Source: Candidatus Eiseniibacteriota bacterium (GTDB lineage Bacteria; Eisenbacteria; RBG-16-71-46). From it: a stretch of 15,272 nt of DNA. Made by a program: the position numbers and the translations under genes. This document shows positions 1 to 7,264 of the stretch, piece after piece. Position 1 is the first letter of the stretch, and the number at the start of each line of letters is the position of its first letter. Location: positions 1 to 15,272 of the forward strand of contig JANLOX010000115.1 of assembly GCA_031366795.1 (NCBI GenBank), in the 5' to 3' direction. The notes beneath the pieces were generated by a model. That model was not told the origin of the DNA. It worked only from the letters and a program-made list of their open reading frames with translations, and ran no database searches.

Positions 1-219
1 GAGTTGCGTGTCGCCTACACGGCGCAGTCCGGCGTCCCCGCGCGCGTGGAATTGTGGGACATCGCAGGGCGGCGGATCGAGGAGCAGGTCGTCGCCTCGC
101 CGTTTTCATCCGCGGAGATGAAGGTCGTGCTTCCTGCGGGATTGTCGGCGGGAGTCTACCTCCTGCGATTTACGCAGGGCGCGGCGAGCGCGACGGCGAG
201 GGTGGTGCTGATCCCGTGA
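1..219 (+). CDS. 3' end of a secreted protein with a T9SS type A / FlgD Ig-like C-terminal sorting domain (partial; start lies upstream of the window)
   Basis: Frame is open from base 1: ELRVAYT...PARVELWDIAGRRI...LSAGVYLLRFTQG...ARVVLIP*. The 'V.l.DiaGR.v' and 'l.aGvY.lr' motifs plus a terminal beta strand match this C-terminal domain family. Confidence 0.75.
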   Translation, partial: ELRVAYTAQSGVPARVELWDIAGRRIEEQVVASPFSSAEMKVVLPAGLSAGVYLLRFTQGAASATARVVLIP

Positions 220-220
220 C

Positions 221-250
221 GGCTGTGCCTCGGGGCTCCCAGGCACAGCC
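221..250. terminator. Perfect 10-bp inverted repeat between convergent genes; probable bidirectional terminator or stabilising hairpin
   Basis: GGCTGTGCCT (221-230) / AGGCACAGCC (241-250) fills almost the whole gap between the TGA at 217-219 and the minus-strand stop at 251-253. No U-tract on either side. Confidence 0.6.
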
Positions 251-1510
251 CTAATGTGCCAGGGCGATGTCCTTCAAGCCGTAGAACCCACCGAGTCGCG
301 AACGGATCGTACCATTCGCCGCAATGCGCACGACCTGGCCGCCGCCCGCGAGAATGACCCAGGCGTCGCCGGTGTCCGGCTCGATGGCGGCGTCGAGCGG
401 CTCGAGCAGTCCGGTCACCTCGAACAATTTCGTGCGAGTGCGGTCGAACACAACCATGCGGCCGCCGTCGACATCCGCGACCCACACGTGGCCGCGCCGC
501 GAATCGATGGCAATGCCCAGCGGCCCCGCGAACCCGGCCACACTGTCGACCGGCGCGCCGCTCGATGAGAACACGCTGAGCCGGCGCGTGGCGAAGGAGA
601 CGACCCACAGGTTGCGCGTCAGCGAATCCACGGCCAGCCGCGCCGGGCTGGTCACGATGGCCGAGGCCACGGTGCCGCCGGTGAAGCTGATGCGTCGAAC
701 CCGGTCGCCGGTGCGTTCACTGACCCAAGCGGAACCGTCGGCGAGATCGATCGCCACGTCGGTGGGCCGTGCGAGCTCATGCTGGTCGACATAGGGCGAT
801 CGGGAATCGTAGGGATCGAGGCTCTGCAACGCGCCCAAACCTTGGTCGGCCACCCACAGGCGAACGCGATCACGATCGACGACCGCGGCGACGGGCTGCA
901 CGAGGCTGCCAGCTTCTTCCTGAATGTTCGCAATAGTGTAAACGCGCCACAAGCGTCCGCCGAAGGGATCGCACACGAACGCAACATCCCCCGGGAGCAC
1001 GTCCACCGTGCTGGGCGCCTGGAACCGTCCCTGGAGAAATTCAGCCACGTGGCGGCCGTCGGCGGAGAGCCGTTGCAGCGAGCGCGTCGCGTCATCCACC
1101 ACCCACGCGCGTGCGGTGCCGGGTGTGGCGACATCGAAGGTGGCGTAGCCGAGGATCCCATTGCCCAACACGTAGGACAGCCGGTAGGTGTAATCGGTTC
1201 CGTTCGTGAGTCCGGTATCGAAGAAGTGCGTGACGCCGGGCGCGAGTGTCGTGAGCGATTCGGCGGGGGCCGAACCCGCGGCGCGGGTGAGCCGGTAGGC
1301 CAGCGGCAGCTGCGACGACGATCCCGTCCAGCTCAACTCGGCCGAACGGTCCCCGGCGAGCGCCACGAATCCCTGCGGTGCACCACCGGTGAGCGCATTG
1401 GCGGGATCGAGTGGATTCGAGCGCTCGCGGTCGCTGCACCCGGCCAGCAGCAGCATGGCGTTGAGCGCGGCGCAACAGGCCGGGGCTAGAAACGCAGCGA
1501 GACGGCGCAT
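251..1510 (-). CDS. Lipoprotein with a fibronectin type III domain and an NHL/YVTN-like beta-propeller
   Basis: Signal peptide with lipobox LAG-C (C25), then 'NPLDP'. FN3-like segment (AELSW...YRL...FFDTGLTNGTDYTYRL). About six repeats of the form P..(V/L)A(V/I)D....(L/V)WV.D/E (PVAAVVD, PTDVAID, PARLAVD, PLGIAID, PLDAAIE). Start overlaps the upstream gene by 25 nt. Confidence 0.8.
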   Translation of the reverse strand: MRRLAAFLAPACCAALNAMLLLAGCSDRERSNPLDPANALTGGAPQGFVALAGDRSAELSWTGSSSQLPLAYRLTRAAGSAPAESLTTLAPGVTHFFDTGLTNGTDYTYRLSYVLGNGILGYATFDVATPGTARAWVVDDATRSLQRLSADGRHVAEFLQGRFQAPSTVDVLPGDVAFVCDPFGGRLWRVYTIANIQEEAGSLVQPVAAVVDRDRVRLWVADQGLGALQSLDPYDSRSPYVDQHELARPTDVAIDLADGSAWVSERTGDRVRRISFTGGTVASAIVTSPARLAVDSLTRNLWVVSFATRRLSVFSSSGAPVDSVAGFAGPLGIAIDSRRGHVWVADVDGGRMVVFDRTRTKLFEVTGLLEPLDAAIEPDTGDAWVILAGGGQVVRIAANGTIRSRLGGFYGLKDIALAH

Positions 1511-1926
1511 GATCCCGGTGCCAGGAGCAGACTCATGGCCTGATTGGGGCGATGGAGAAAGCGCAGGTAGATGCCCACGCCCATCAAGGCTTCTCCACCC
1601 AGCAGCGCGCCGTTCGACCAGCGGTCATAGTGCGAGGACTGGTCGAACCAGTGCTCGATGTCGGAGGGGGTCACCGCGCCTCGGTAGCGGTCGTAGGCTT
1701 GATCCGCCAGGTGCGCCAGTGTGAACGAGCCGGCGATCATTCCGGCGCCTGCGAGGAACGACAGGTTCGATCCCAGGTGCGAGCGTTGGGGCGGGTGAGG
1801 CAGGGGGAGCTGTTCGAAGGGGCCGCCGCCCGGGGACAGCGGCGGGACCCTCGAATCGTCCGCAACGGCAAGGTGGGGCCCAGAAACGACTATGGCCGCC
1901 AACAGCGCGGCCAGGAATCGCATCAT
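1486..1926 (-). CDS. Hypothetical exported/membrane protein (146 aa)
   Basis: Signal-peptide-like N-terminus (MMRFLAALLAAIVV...AVA), two Gly-rich hydrophobic segments and a C-terminal 'AVSLRF'. Lies 13 nt downstream of the rpsT stop on the same strand. Confidence 0.7.
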   Translation of the reverse strand: MMRFLAALLAAIVVSGPHLAVADDSRVPPLSPGGGPFEQLPLPHPPQRSHLGSNLSFLAGAGMIAGSFTLAHLADQAYDRYRGAVTPSDIEHWFDQSSHYDRWSNGALLGGEALMGVGIYLRFLHRPNQAMSLLLAPGSCAVSLRF

Positions 1927-1939
1927 GATGTTGAAACCT

Positions 1940-2197
1940 TCAGGCCGGGAGAGTGTTGACGAACAGCGCCAGCCGAGCCTTGTGGCGGCTGGCCGTCTCC
2001 TTCTTGATGACGCCCTTCGAGGCCGTGCGGTCGAGCACGGACATGGCGGTCAGGTAGAGCGCCGAACCTTCGGTCTTCGTCTTGGCCGCGCGCACGGCGC
2101 GCATGGCCCCACGGAGCCGGGTGCGGTCGGCGATGTTGCTCTGGCGGCGCCTCTCGTTCGTGATAACGCGCTTGGCCGCGGACTTGTGATGCGGCAT
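1940..2197 (-). CDS. rpsT: 30S ribosomal protein S20
   Basis: 85-aa basic protein MPHHKSAAKR...N...RTRLR...LDRTASKGVIKKETASRHKARL with S20 signature motifs. GGAGG Shine-Dalgarno just upstream on the minus strand. Confidence 0.97.
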   Translation of the reverse strand: MPHHKSAAKRVITNERRRQSNIADRTRLRGAMRAVRAAKTKTEGSALYLTAMSVLDRTASKGVIKKETASRHKARLALFVNTLPA

Positions 2198-2242
2198 TCA
2201 ATGCCTCCAGTGGATCGGAACCTGTTTTGTGAAAGACGAAGG

Positions 2243-2272
2243 ACAATAATGCCGTGCGCGCCCAGGAGTCAA
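2243..2272 (-). promoter_or_regulatory. Putative sigma70 promoter for rpsT
   Basis: Minus strand reads TTGACT (2272-2267), 18 nt spacer, TATTGT (2248-2243), about 45 nt upstream of the rpsT start. Confidence 0.6.
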
Positions 2273-2311
2273 GGCCAGCGGGCCGCGCCCGGAACCGCTG
2301 GATTCGCGTTG

Positions 2312-2346
2312 TTGCCGGGGTAAGAGGCGGGGTGTAGGGTTAATTT
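2312..2346 (+). promoter_or_regulatory. Putative sigma70 promoter for the uvrC operon
   Basis: TTGCCG (2312-2317), 17 nt spacer, TAGGGT (2335-2340). An AT-rich TAATTT at 2341-2346 is an alternative -10. Confidence 0.35.
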
Positions 2347-2378
2347 ATCCCCCAGTGTAAACCGTTTCGGCGAGGTCC

Positions 2379-4259
2379 ATGGTGAGCGGTTTGGCCGAAA
2401 AAATACACAATCTCCCGCCACTTCCGGGGGTTTACCTGTTCAAGGACATGCGGGGAGAAGTGCTGTACGTCGGCAAGGCCCTCAGCCTGGCCCAGCGCAC
2501 GCGGAACTACCTCGCGACCGACGTCCTCGAGCCCCGGATCCGCGAAATGGTGGAGCGCGCACACGACATCGACACCATCGCGACGAGCACCGAGGCCGAA
2601 GCCCTGCTGCTCGAGGCGACGCTGATCCGGCAACACCGCCCGCACTACAACATCCTGCTCAAGGACGACAAGAGCTTCCCCTACGTGAAGATCACGGTGC
2701 AGGAGGAAGTCCCCCGACTGTCGATCACCCGCCAGGTCCGCAGCGACGGCGCGCGCTACCTGGGGCCCTACACCGACGTGAAGCACCTGCGCCGGACGCT
2801 GCGGGAGATGCGCCGGATCTTCCCGGTGCGTACCTGCCGCAACTTCGAGGACCACCGCCGCGCGAACCGGCCGTGCCTGTACTTCCACATCCGCCGCTGC
2901 GCGGGGCCATGTACGACGCGCTCGCGTGTTTCGCCGCCCGAATATCGCGCGCTGGTGGATGGGTTGGTGCTGTTCCTCACCGGCCGCGACGGCGAGTTGC
3001 TCAAGAACCTGAAGCAACAGATGGCGCGCGCCTCCGATGCGCGTGAGTTCGAACACGCTGCGCGCCTGCGCGACCAGATCTCGCTGCTCGACAAGGCGCG
3101 CGTGCCGCAGTCGATGGTCGTGCCGGGGGCACGCGACACCGACGTGATCGGGCTGGCGCGCCACGGCTCGCGCGCGGCGGCGGCGACACTGGTGGTGCGC
3201 GAGGGCCGCGTGATCGGTAAGGAGTCGCGTTTCATCGAGCGCGGCGGCGCGCTCGAGGACGCCGAGCTACTGAGCGTCGTGCTGACGCAGCACTACCTGT
3301 ACTCCGCGAGCCTGCCGCGACGGCTGGTGATGGGTGTCCTGCCGGCGGACACCGAAGTCGTGCGCGAAGCGCTCTCGCACAAGGCAAGCGGAGCCGTGGA
3401 GTTCGCGATTCCCCAGCGCGGCCGGGAACGGCAGTTGTTGATCATGGCGCAACGCAACGCGGCGCTCGCGCTCGAAGGCGCCGAAGCGCGCCGCACGGGC
3501 CGCCGGGCGCACTACTCGGCGGATGTGCTGGAGTTACAGCGCGCGCTGTCGCTGTCCTCGCCGCCCCACCGCATGATCTGTTTCGACATTTCAAACCTGG
3601 GCGCCGAACATGCCGTGGCCGCCGTGGTGGCGAGCGAGGACGCGAAGCCGCGGCGCTCGCTGTATCGCAGGTTGCGCATCCGCCGCCCCGGCCCGGACGA
3701 CTTCGCCATGATCGGCGAGGCGGTGAGCCGCTACTGGGCGCACGTGATCTCGGGCGAGCTGCCGCGCCCCGATCTCGTCGTGATCGACGGCGGCATCGGG
3801 CAGTTGCGCGCGGCCCAGGCGGCGATCGATCACATCGATCCAACGCCGGTGCCGATGATCGGGCTCGCCAAGCGTGATGAAGAAATCGTCCGCGATGGCC
3901 GCCCCGCCCTCCGGCTGCCGCGCCGCAGCCCGGCGCTGCGCTCGCTGCAGCGCTTGCGCGACGAGGCGCACCGCTTTGGGCTCACTTACCATCGCATGCT
4001 GCGCGGCAAAGCCCGCATCACCAGCGTGATCGACAACGTCGAGGGCGTGGGGCCGGCGCGGCGTGCGCGCATGCTCAAGGCGTTCGGCTCCATCGCCGCA
4101 CTCCGCGAAGCGACCGCCGCCGAGATCGCCGAGCGCGCCGGCGTACCACCCGCCACCGCCGAACGAGTGCAGGCAGCCCTGGCCGCGGCGCCCGTGGTTC
4201 CCGTTGCGCCGCCGCGCGCCTCCCGCCGTCGTGTCGCGGGGGGAGGGGACGAGCCATGA
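2379..4259 (+). CDS. uvrC: Excinuclease ABC subunit C
   Basis: GIY-YIG domain (PGVYLF...LYVGKA; EALLLE; YNI), four-Cys region (C..RPCLYFHIRRCAGPC), UVR motif (EFEHAARLRDQI), RNase H-like domain (CFDISN, DDFAM, PDLVVIDGG, RDEAHRF) and HhH (GVGPARR...LKAFGS). The start may be GTG 2382, which is better spaced from GAGGT at 2372-2376. Confidence 0.97.
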   Translation: MVSGLAEKIHNLPPLPGVYLFKDMRGEVLYVGKALSLAQRTRNYLATDVLEPRIREMVERAHDIDTIATSTEAEALLLEATLIRQHRPHYNILLKDDKSFPYVKITVQEEVPRLSITRQVRSDGARYLGPYTDVKHLRRTLREMRRIFPVRTCRNFEDHRRANRPCLYFHIRRCAGPCTTRSRVSPPEYRALVDGLVLFLTGRDGELLKNLKQQMARASDAREFEHAARLRDQISLLDKARVPQSMVVPGARDTDVIGLARHGSRAAAATLVVREGRVIGKESRFIERGGALEDAELLSVVLTQHYLYSASLPRRLVMGVLPADTEVVREALSHKASGAVEFAIPQRGRERQLLIMAQRNAALALEGAEARRTGRRAHYSADVLELQRALSLSSPPHRMICFDISNLGAEHAVAAVVASEDAKPRRSLYRRLRIRRPGPDDFAMIGEAVSRYWAHVISGELPRPDLVVIDGGIGQLRAAQAAIDHIDPTPVPMIGLAKRDEEIVRDGRPALRLPRRSPALRSLQRLRDEAHRFGLTYHRMLRGKARITSVIDNVEGVGPARRARMLKAFGSIAALREATAAEIAERAGVPPATAERVQAALAAAPVVPVAPPRASRRRVAGGGDEP

Positions 4260-5212
4260 GCGCCCGCTCCGCCACCGCCTTAGCGCCCGTCGCGGCGCGG
4301 CCGTGCCGGCTCGTCCCGATCGTCGAGGCCTACCTCGATGAATTGCGAGTCGGCCGGCGCTTGAGCGTCAACACACTCGATGCCTACGCTCGCGATCTCG
4401 CGGACTATGCCGGCTTCGCCACGACGCACGGTCTGGGGAAGTGGCGCGAGGCGTCGCTCACCTTCATCGACGTCTACTTCGCGGGTGTGGCGCGGCGCGG
4501 ACTGTCGAGCGCCACGGTCAACCGTCGCCGCTCGACGCTGCGCGGGTTCCACGCGTTCCTCGTGCGCCACCATCACGCCGACATCCAGCCGCTCGACCGC
4601 TTGCCGCCACCTCGCCGCGAACACCGCTTGCCGCACGCATTGAGCGTCGATGACATCGAACGCCTGCTCGCGCAGCCCCAGGGCGCAGCGCCGTTGGCCC
4701 TGCGAGACCGCGCGCTGTTCGAGATCGCCTATGCCAGCGGGCTGCGGGTGTCGGAGTTGTGCGGACTCGAAAACCGCCGCGTCGATATGTCCGACCGCAG
4801 CCTCAGCGTGACCGGCAAGGGCTCCAAGGAACGCGTGGTCCCGTTTGGGCGCGCCGCCGCGACAGCGCTGCGCGAATACCTCGAGCGCGGGCGGCCTTTG
4901 CTCGCGGCGCGGGCGCGCAGCTCGCACACGCAGGCCGACGCGGTGTTCCTCAATGCGAATGGGCAGGGTTTAAGCCGCATGGGTTTCTGGAAGATCCTCC
5001 GGGGGCACGCGCGCGCCGCCGGGATTGCGACGCGCGTCCATCCGCATGCATTGCGTCATTCGTTCGCTACGCACCTGTTGCAGGGCGGCGCCGACTTGCG
5101 GGTCGTGCAGGAATTGCTGGGACATGCATCGGTCGCGACGACGGCGATCTACACTCATTTGGACCGGGGCTACCTCAGGGAGGTGCATCGCACCTTTCAT
5201 CCGCGCCCGTGA
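4256..5212 (+). CDS. xerD: Tyrosine recombinase XerD
   Basis: N-terminal SAM-like domain (LSVNTLDAYARDL) and a full catalytic set: SGLRVSE, GKGSKER, HALRHSFATHLL.GGADLR.VQELLGH, TTAIYTH. The 'SRMGFWKIL' motif favours XerD over XerC. ATGA overlap with the uvrC stop. Confidence 0.88.
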   Translation: MSARSATALAPVAARPCRLVPIVEAYLDELRVGRRLSVNTLDAYARDLADYAGFATTHGLGKWREASLTFIDVYFAGVARRGLSSATVNRRRSTLRGFHAFLVRHHHADIQPLDRLPPPRREHRLPHALSVDDIERLLAQPQGAAPLALRDRALFEIAYASGLRVSELCGLENRRVDMSDRSLSVTGKGSKERVVPFGRAAATALREYLERGRPLLAARARSSHTQADAVFLNANGQGLSRMGFWKILRGHARAAGIATRVHPHALRHSFATHLLQGGADLRVVQELLGHASVATTAIYTHLDRGYLREVHRTFHPRP

Positions 5213-5236
5213 GGGCGTTTCATCAAGGAGATCACG

Positions 5237-5839
5237 ATGATTCGAATCCGCGTCCCGATCCTGCTACTCGCGCTGGTGTGCCTTGCGGGGAGTTCGCCCG
5301 CTCGAGCCGAGTGGGTGGTCACGCCGCCGCGCGCGGGCCAGGTGGGGCTGGCGGTACAGGGACAATACGGTGGGCTGCTCAAGTCCGGCGGCATCGGCAA
5401 CGCGTTCCAGGGTGGCCCCGGACTCGCGGTGCGCCTGCGTTACCGCACGCGGTACGAGCGCGCCATCGGGCTGTCGTTCGAGAGCCAGCGCTTCGATGTG
5501 CGCGACCCCGCGCGCGCGGACACCGCCGCGAATCATATGAACGCATTCACGTTCGGCGGTGATGCCTACCAGATGTTCGGCACCCGTACGCGCACCCCGA
5601 AGTGGATCAGCGTGGGCGCGGGGCTCGCGCAGTTCAGGCTGCAGCAGAACAACAAGGACTACAACTTCTCGAACACCAGTGACGGCATCTACGTCAGCGC
5701 GGGCGGCGGTGTCGAGCGTTTCATCTGGCAGAGCTGGGCGCTGGACCTGAGCGGCAAGTACCTGACGATCTTCCAGAACGGCCGTCCGAACCATGACTTC
5801 CAGGCGTCGCTGGGGTTGATCGTTTATGCGACCTATTGA
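5237..5839 (+). CDS. Outer membrane beta-barrel protein (small, OmpA/OmpW-like barrel)
   Basis: AAGGAG SD at 5225-5230. Signal peptide ending ARA. Alternating amphipathic strands (GLAVRLRY, IGLSFE, WISVGAGLAQF, YVSAGGGVERF, WALDLSGKY) and an aromatic C-terminus (ASLGLIVYATY). Confidence 0.8.
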   Translation: MIRIRVPILLLALVCLAGSSPARAEWVVTPPRAGQVGLAVQGQYGGLLKSGGIGNAFQGGPGLAVRLRYRTRYERAIGLSFESQRFDVRDPARADTAANHMNAFTFGGDAYQMFGTRTRTPKWISVGAGLAQFRLQQNNKDYNFSNTSDGIYVSAGGGVERFIWQSWALDLSGKYLTIFQNGRPNHDFQASLGLIVYATY

Positions 5840-5842
5840 GCC

Positions 5843-7264
5843 ATGCCTGAGCTGAGCATTGCGTTCGAGGGCGCAGCGCGCACGGTCACCGGCTCCCGCC
5901 ACCGCATCGCGTGGGGGGAGCGCCAGTGGCTGTTTGATTGCGGGTTGTACCAGGGTCACCGGGAGGAAGCGGACCGCATCAATCGCACATTCCGCTTCGA
6001 TCCGGGCGAACTCGACTTCATGGTGCTCTCGCACGCGCATCTCGATCACAGCGGCAACCTGCCGACACTCATTCACCAGGGTTACCCAGGGGTCATTCAC
6101 GCCACGCCCGCCACGGCGGACCTGTGCCGCGTGATGCTCGCGGACAGCGCGTTCCTGATGGAGCGTGACATCGAGCACCTGCGCACGCGCGGGCGTGAGC
6201 GCCGGGGCAGCGGCGAAGTCCGCACGCGCGAACTGCTCTATACGCAGGCGGATGTCGAGGCGACGCTGTCGCGGTTCGTGACCCACAAGTACCACGCGCC
6301 GTGGGAGCTCATGCCGGGCGTGACGGTCGAGTACTTCGACGCCGGACATATCCTCGGCTCGGCGTTGACCACGTTCGAGTTCCGTGATGGCGCGCGCACC
6401 TTCCGGCTCGGCATGAGTGGCGATGTCGGCCGCGCGGGCCGGTTGATCCTGCGCGACCCCGAGACGCATCCCGGCGTGGACGCCCTGGTCATCGAGAGCA
6501 CCTACGGCAACCGGCTGCACCCCAGTGAAGCCGATTCCGAACGCCTGCTGGCGGAGGCGGTGATCCGAACGGTGCAGCGGGGCGGCCGCATCATCGTGCC
6601 GGCGTTCGCCGTCGGCAGGGCGCAGGAGTTGGTGGTGTTGCTGAACGGGATGATGAAGAGCAAAGCGATTCCTGAGCTGCCGATCTACGTGGACAGCCCG
6701 ATGGCGTCCGACGCCACGCAGGTGTTTCGCCATCATGTCGAGCTGTTCGATGACGAGACACGCCAGAGCTTCCGGGAACAGGGCGGCGCGCCCTTCGGGT
6801 TCGAGCGTCTGCGCTTCACGCGCTCGCCTGCAGAGTCGCGCGCGCTCAACGACATCGAGCACCCGATCATCGTGCTGTCAGCGTCCGGCATGTGCGAGGG
6901 CGGCCGCGTGCTGCATCACCTGCAGCATGGCTTAAGTGACCCCCGCAATCTCGTGATGTTCGTCGGGTTCCAGGCGGAGGGAACGCTGGGGCGCCGGATC
7001 GTCGACGGCGCGGAGGTGGTGAGCATCTATGGCGAGCCGGTGCGGCGGCGCGCCGAGATCGTCAAGCTCGACGGCTTCAGCGCGCATGCGGACCAGGCCG
7101 AGATGCTGGAATGGGTGGGGCGCTTGAATCCGCTGCCCAAGCACGTCTATTTGGTCCATGGCGAATTCGAGGCGGCGGCCGTGCTCGCCGAGAAGCTCAC
7201 TGAGCGCTTCGGCATCGATGCGCACGTCCCGGTGCTCGGCGAAAAGGTCTCCCTGTGGATGTGA
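5843..7264 (+). CDS. MBL-fold beta-CASP nuclease (Ysh1/CPSF73-like bacterial family, TTHA0252 type)
   Basis: DCGLYQG, SHAHLDHSG (HxHxDH), AGHILGS, SGDVG, ESTYG, PAFAVGRAQE, DSPMA, SASGMCEGGRVLHH, GFQAEGTLGR, GFSAHAD, VHGE: the MBL and beta-CASP motifs are intact. Confidence 0.93.
   Translation: MPELSIAFEGAARTVTGSRHRIAWGERQWLFDCGLYQGHREEADRINRTFRFDPGELDFMVLSHAHLDHSGNLPTLIHQGYPGVIHATPATADLCRVMLADSAFLMERDIEHLRTRGRERRGSGEVRTRELLYTQADVEATLSRFVTHKYHAPWELMPGVTVEYFDAGHILGSALTTFEFRDGARTFRLGMSGDVGRAGRLILRDPETHPGVDALVIESTYGNRLHPSEADSERLLAEAVIRTVQRGGRIIVPAFAVGRAQELVVLLNGMMKSKAIPELPIYVDSPMASDATQVFRHHVELFDDETRQSFREQGGAPFGFERLRFTRSPAESRALNDIEHPIIVLSASGMCEGGRVLHHLQHGLSDPRNLVMFVGFQAEGTLGRRIVDGAEVVSIYGEPVRRRAEIVKLDGFSAHADQAEMLEWVGRLNPLPKHVYLVHGEFEAAAVLAEKLTERFGIDAHVPVLGEKVSLWM

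Noticed and set aside
4256..5212. Tyrosine recombinase as the integrase of a prophage or island
   Set aside because: Size and motifs fit housekeeping XerD. I see no att repeats, tRNA, phage or transfer genes, and no compositional break.
5264..6862. Long antisense ORFs (5264-6862, 7930-9135, 11055-12281, 12459-13613, 2340-3164, 9869-10786 and others)
   Set aside because: They lie opposite well-supported genes and have no recognisable motifs. Long shadow ORFs are expected from codon bias in high-GC DNA.
5843..7264. Metallo-beta-lactamase as an antibiotic-resistance gene
   Set aside because: It has a full beta-CASP insert and RNA-metabolising C-terminal motifs and no signal peptide, so it belongs to the nuclease family.
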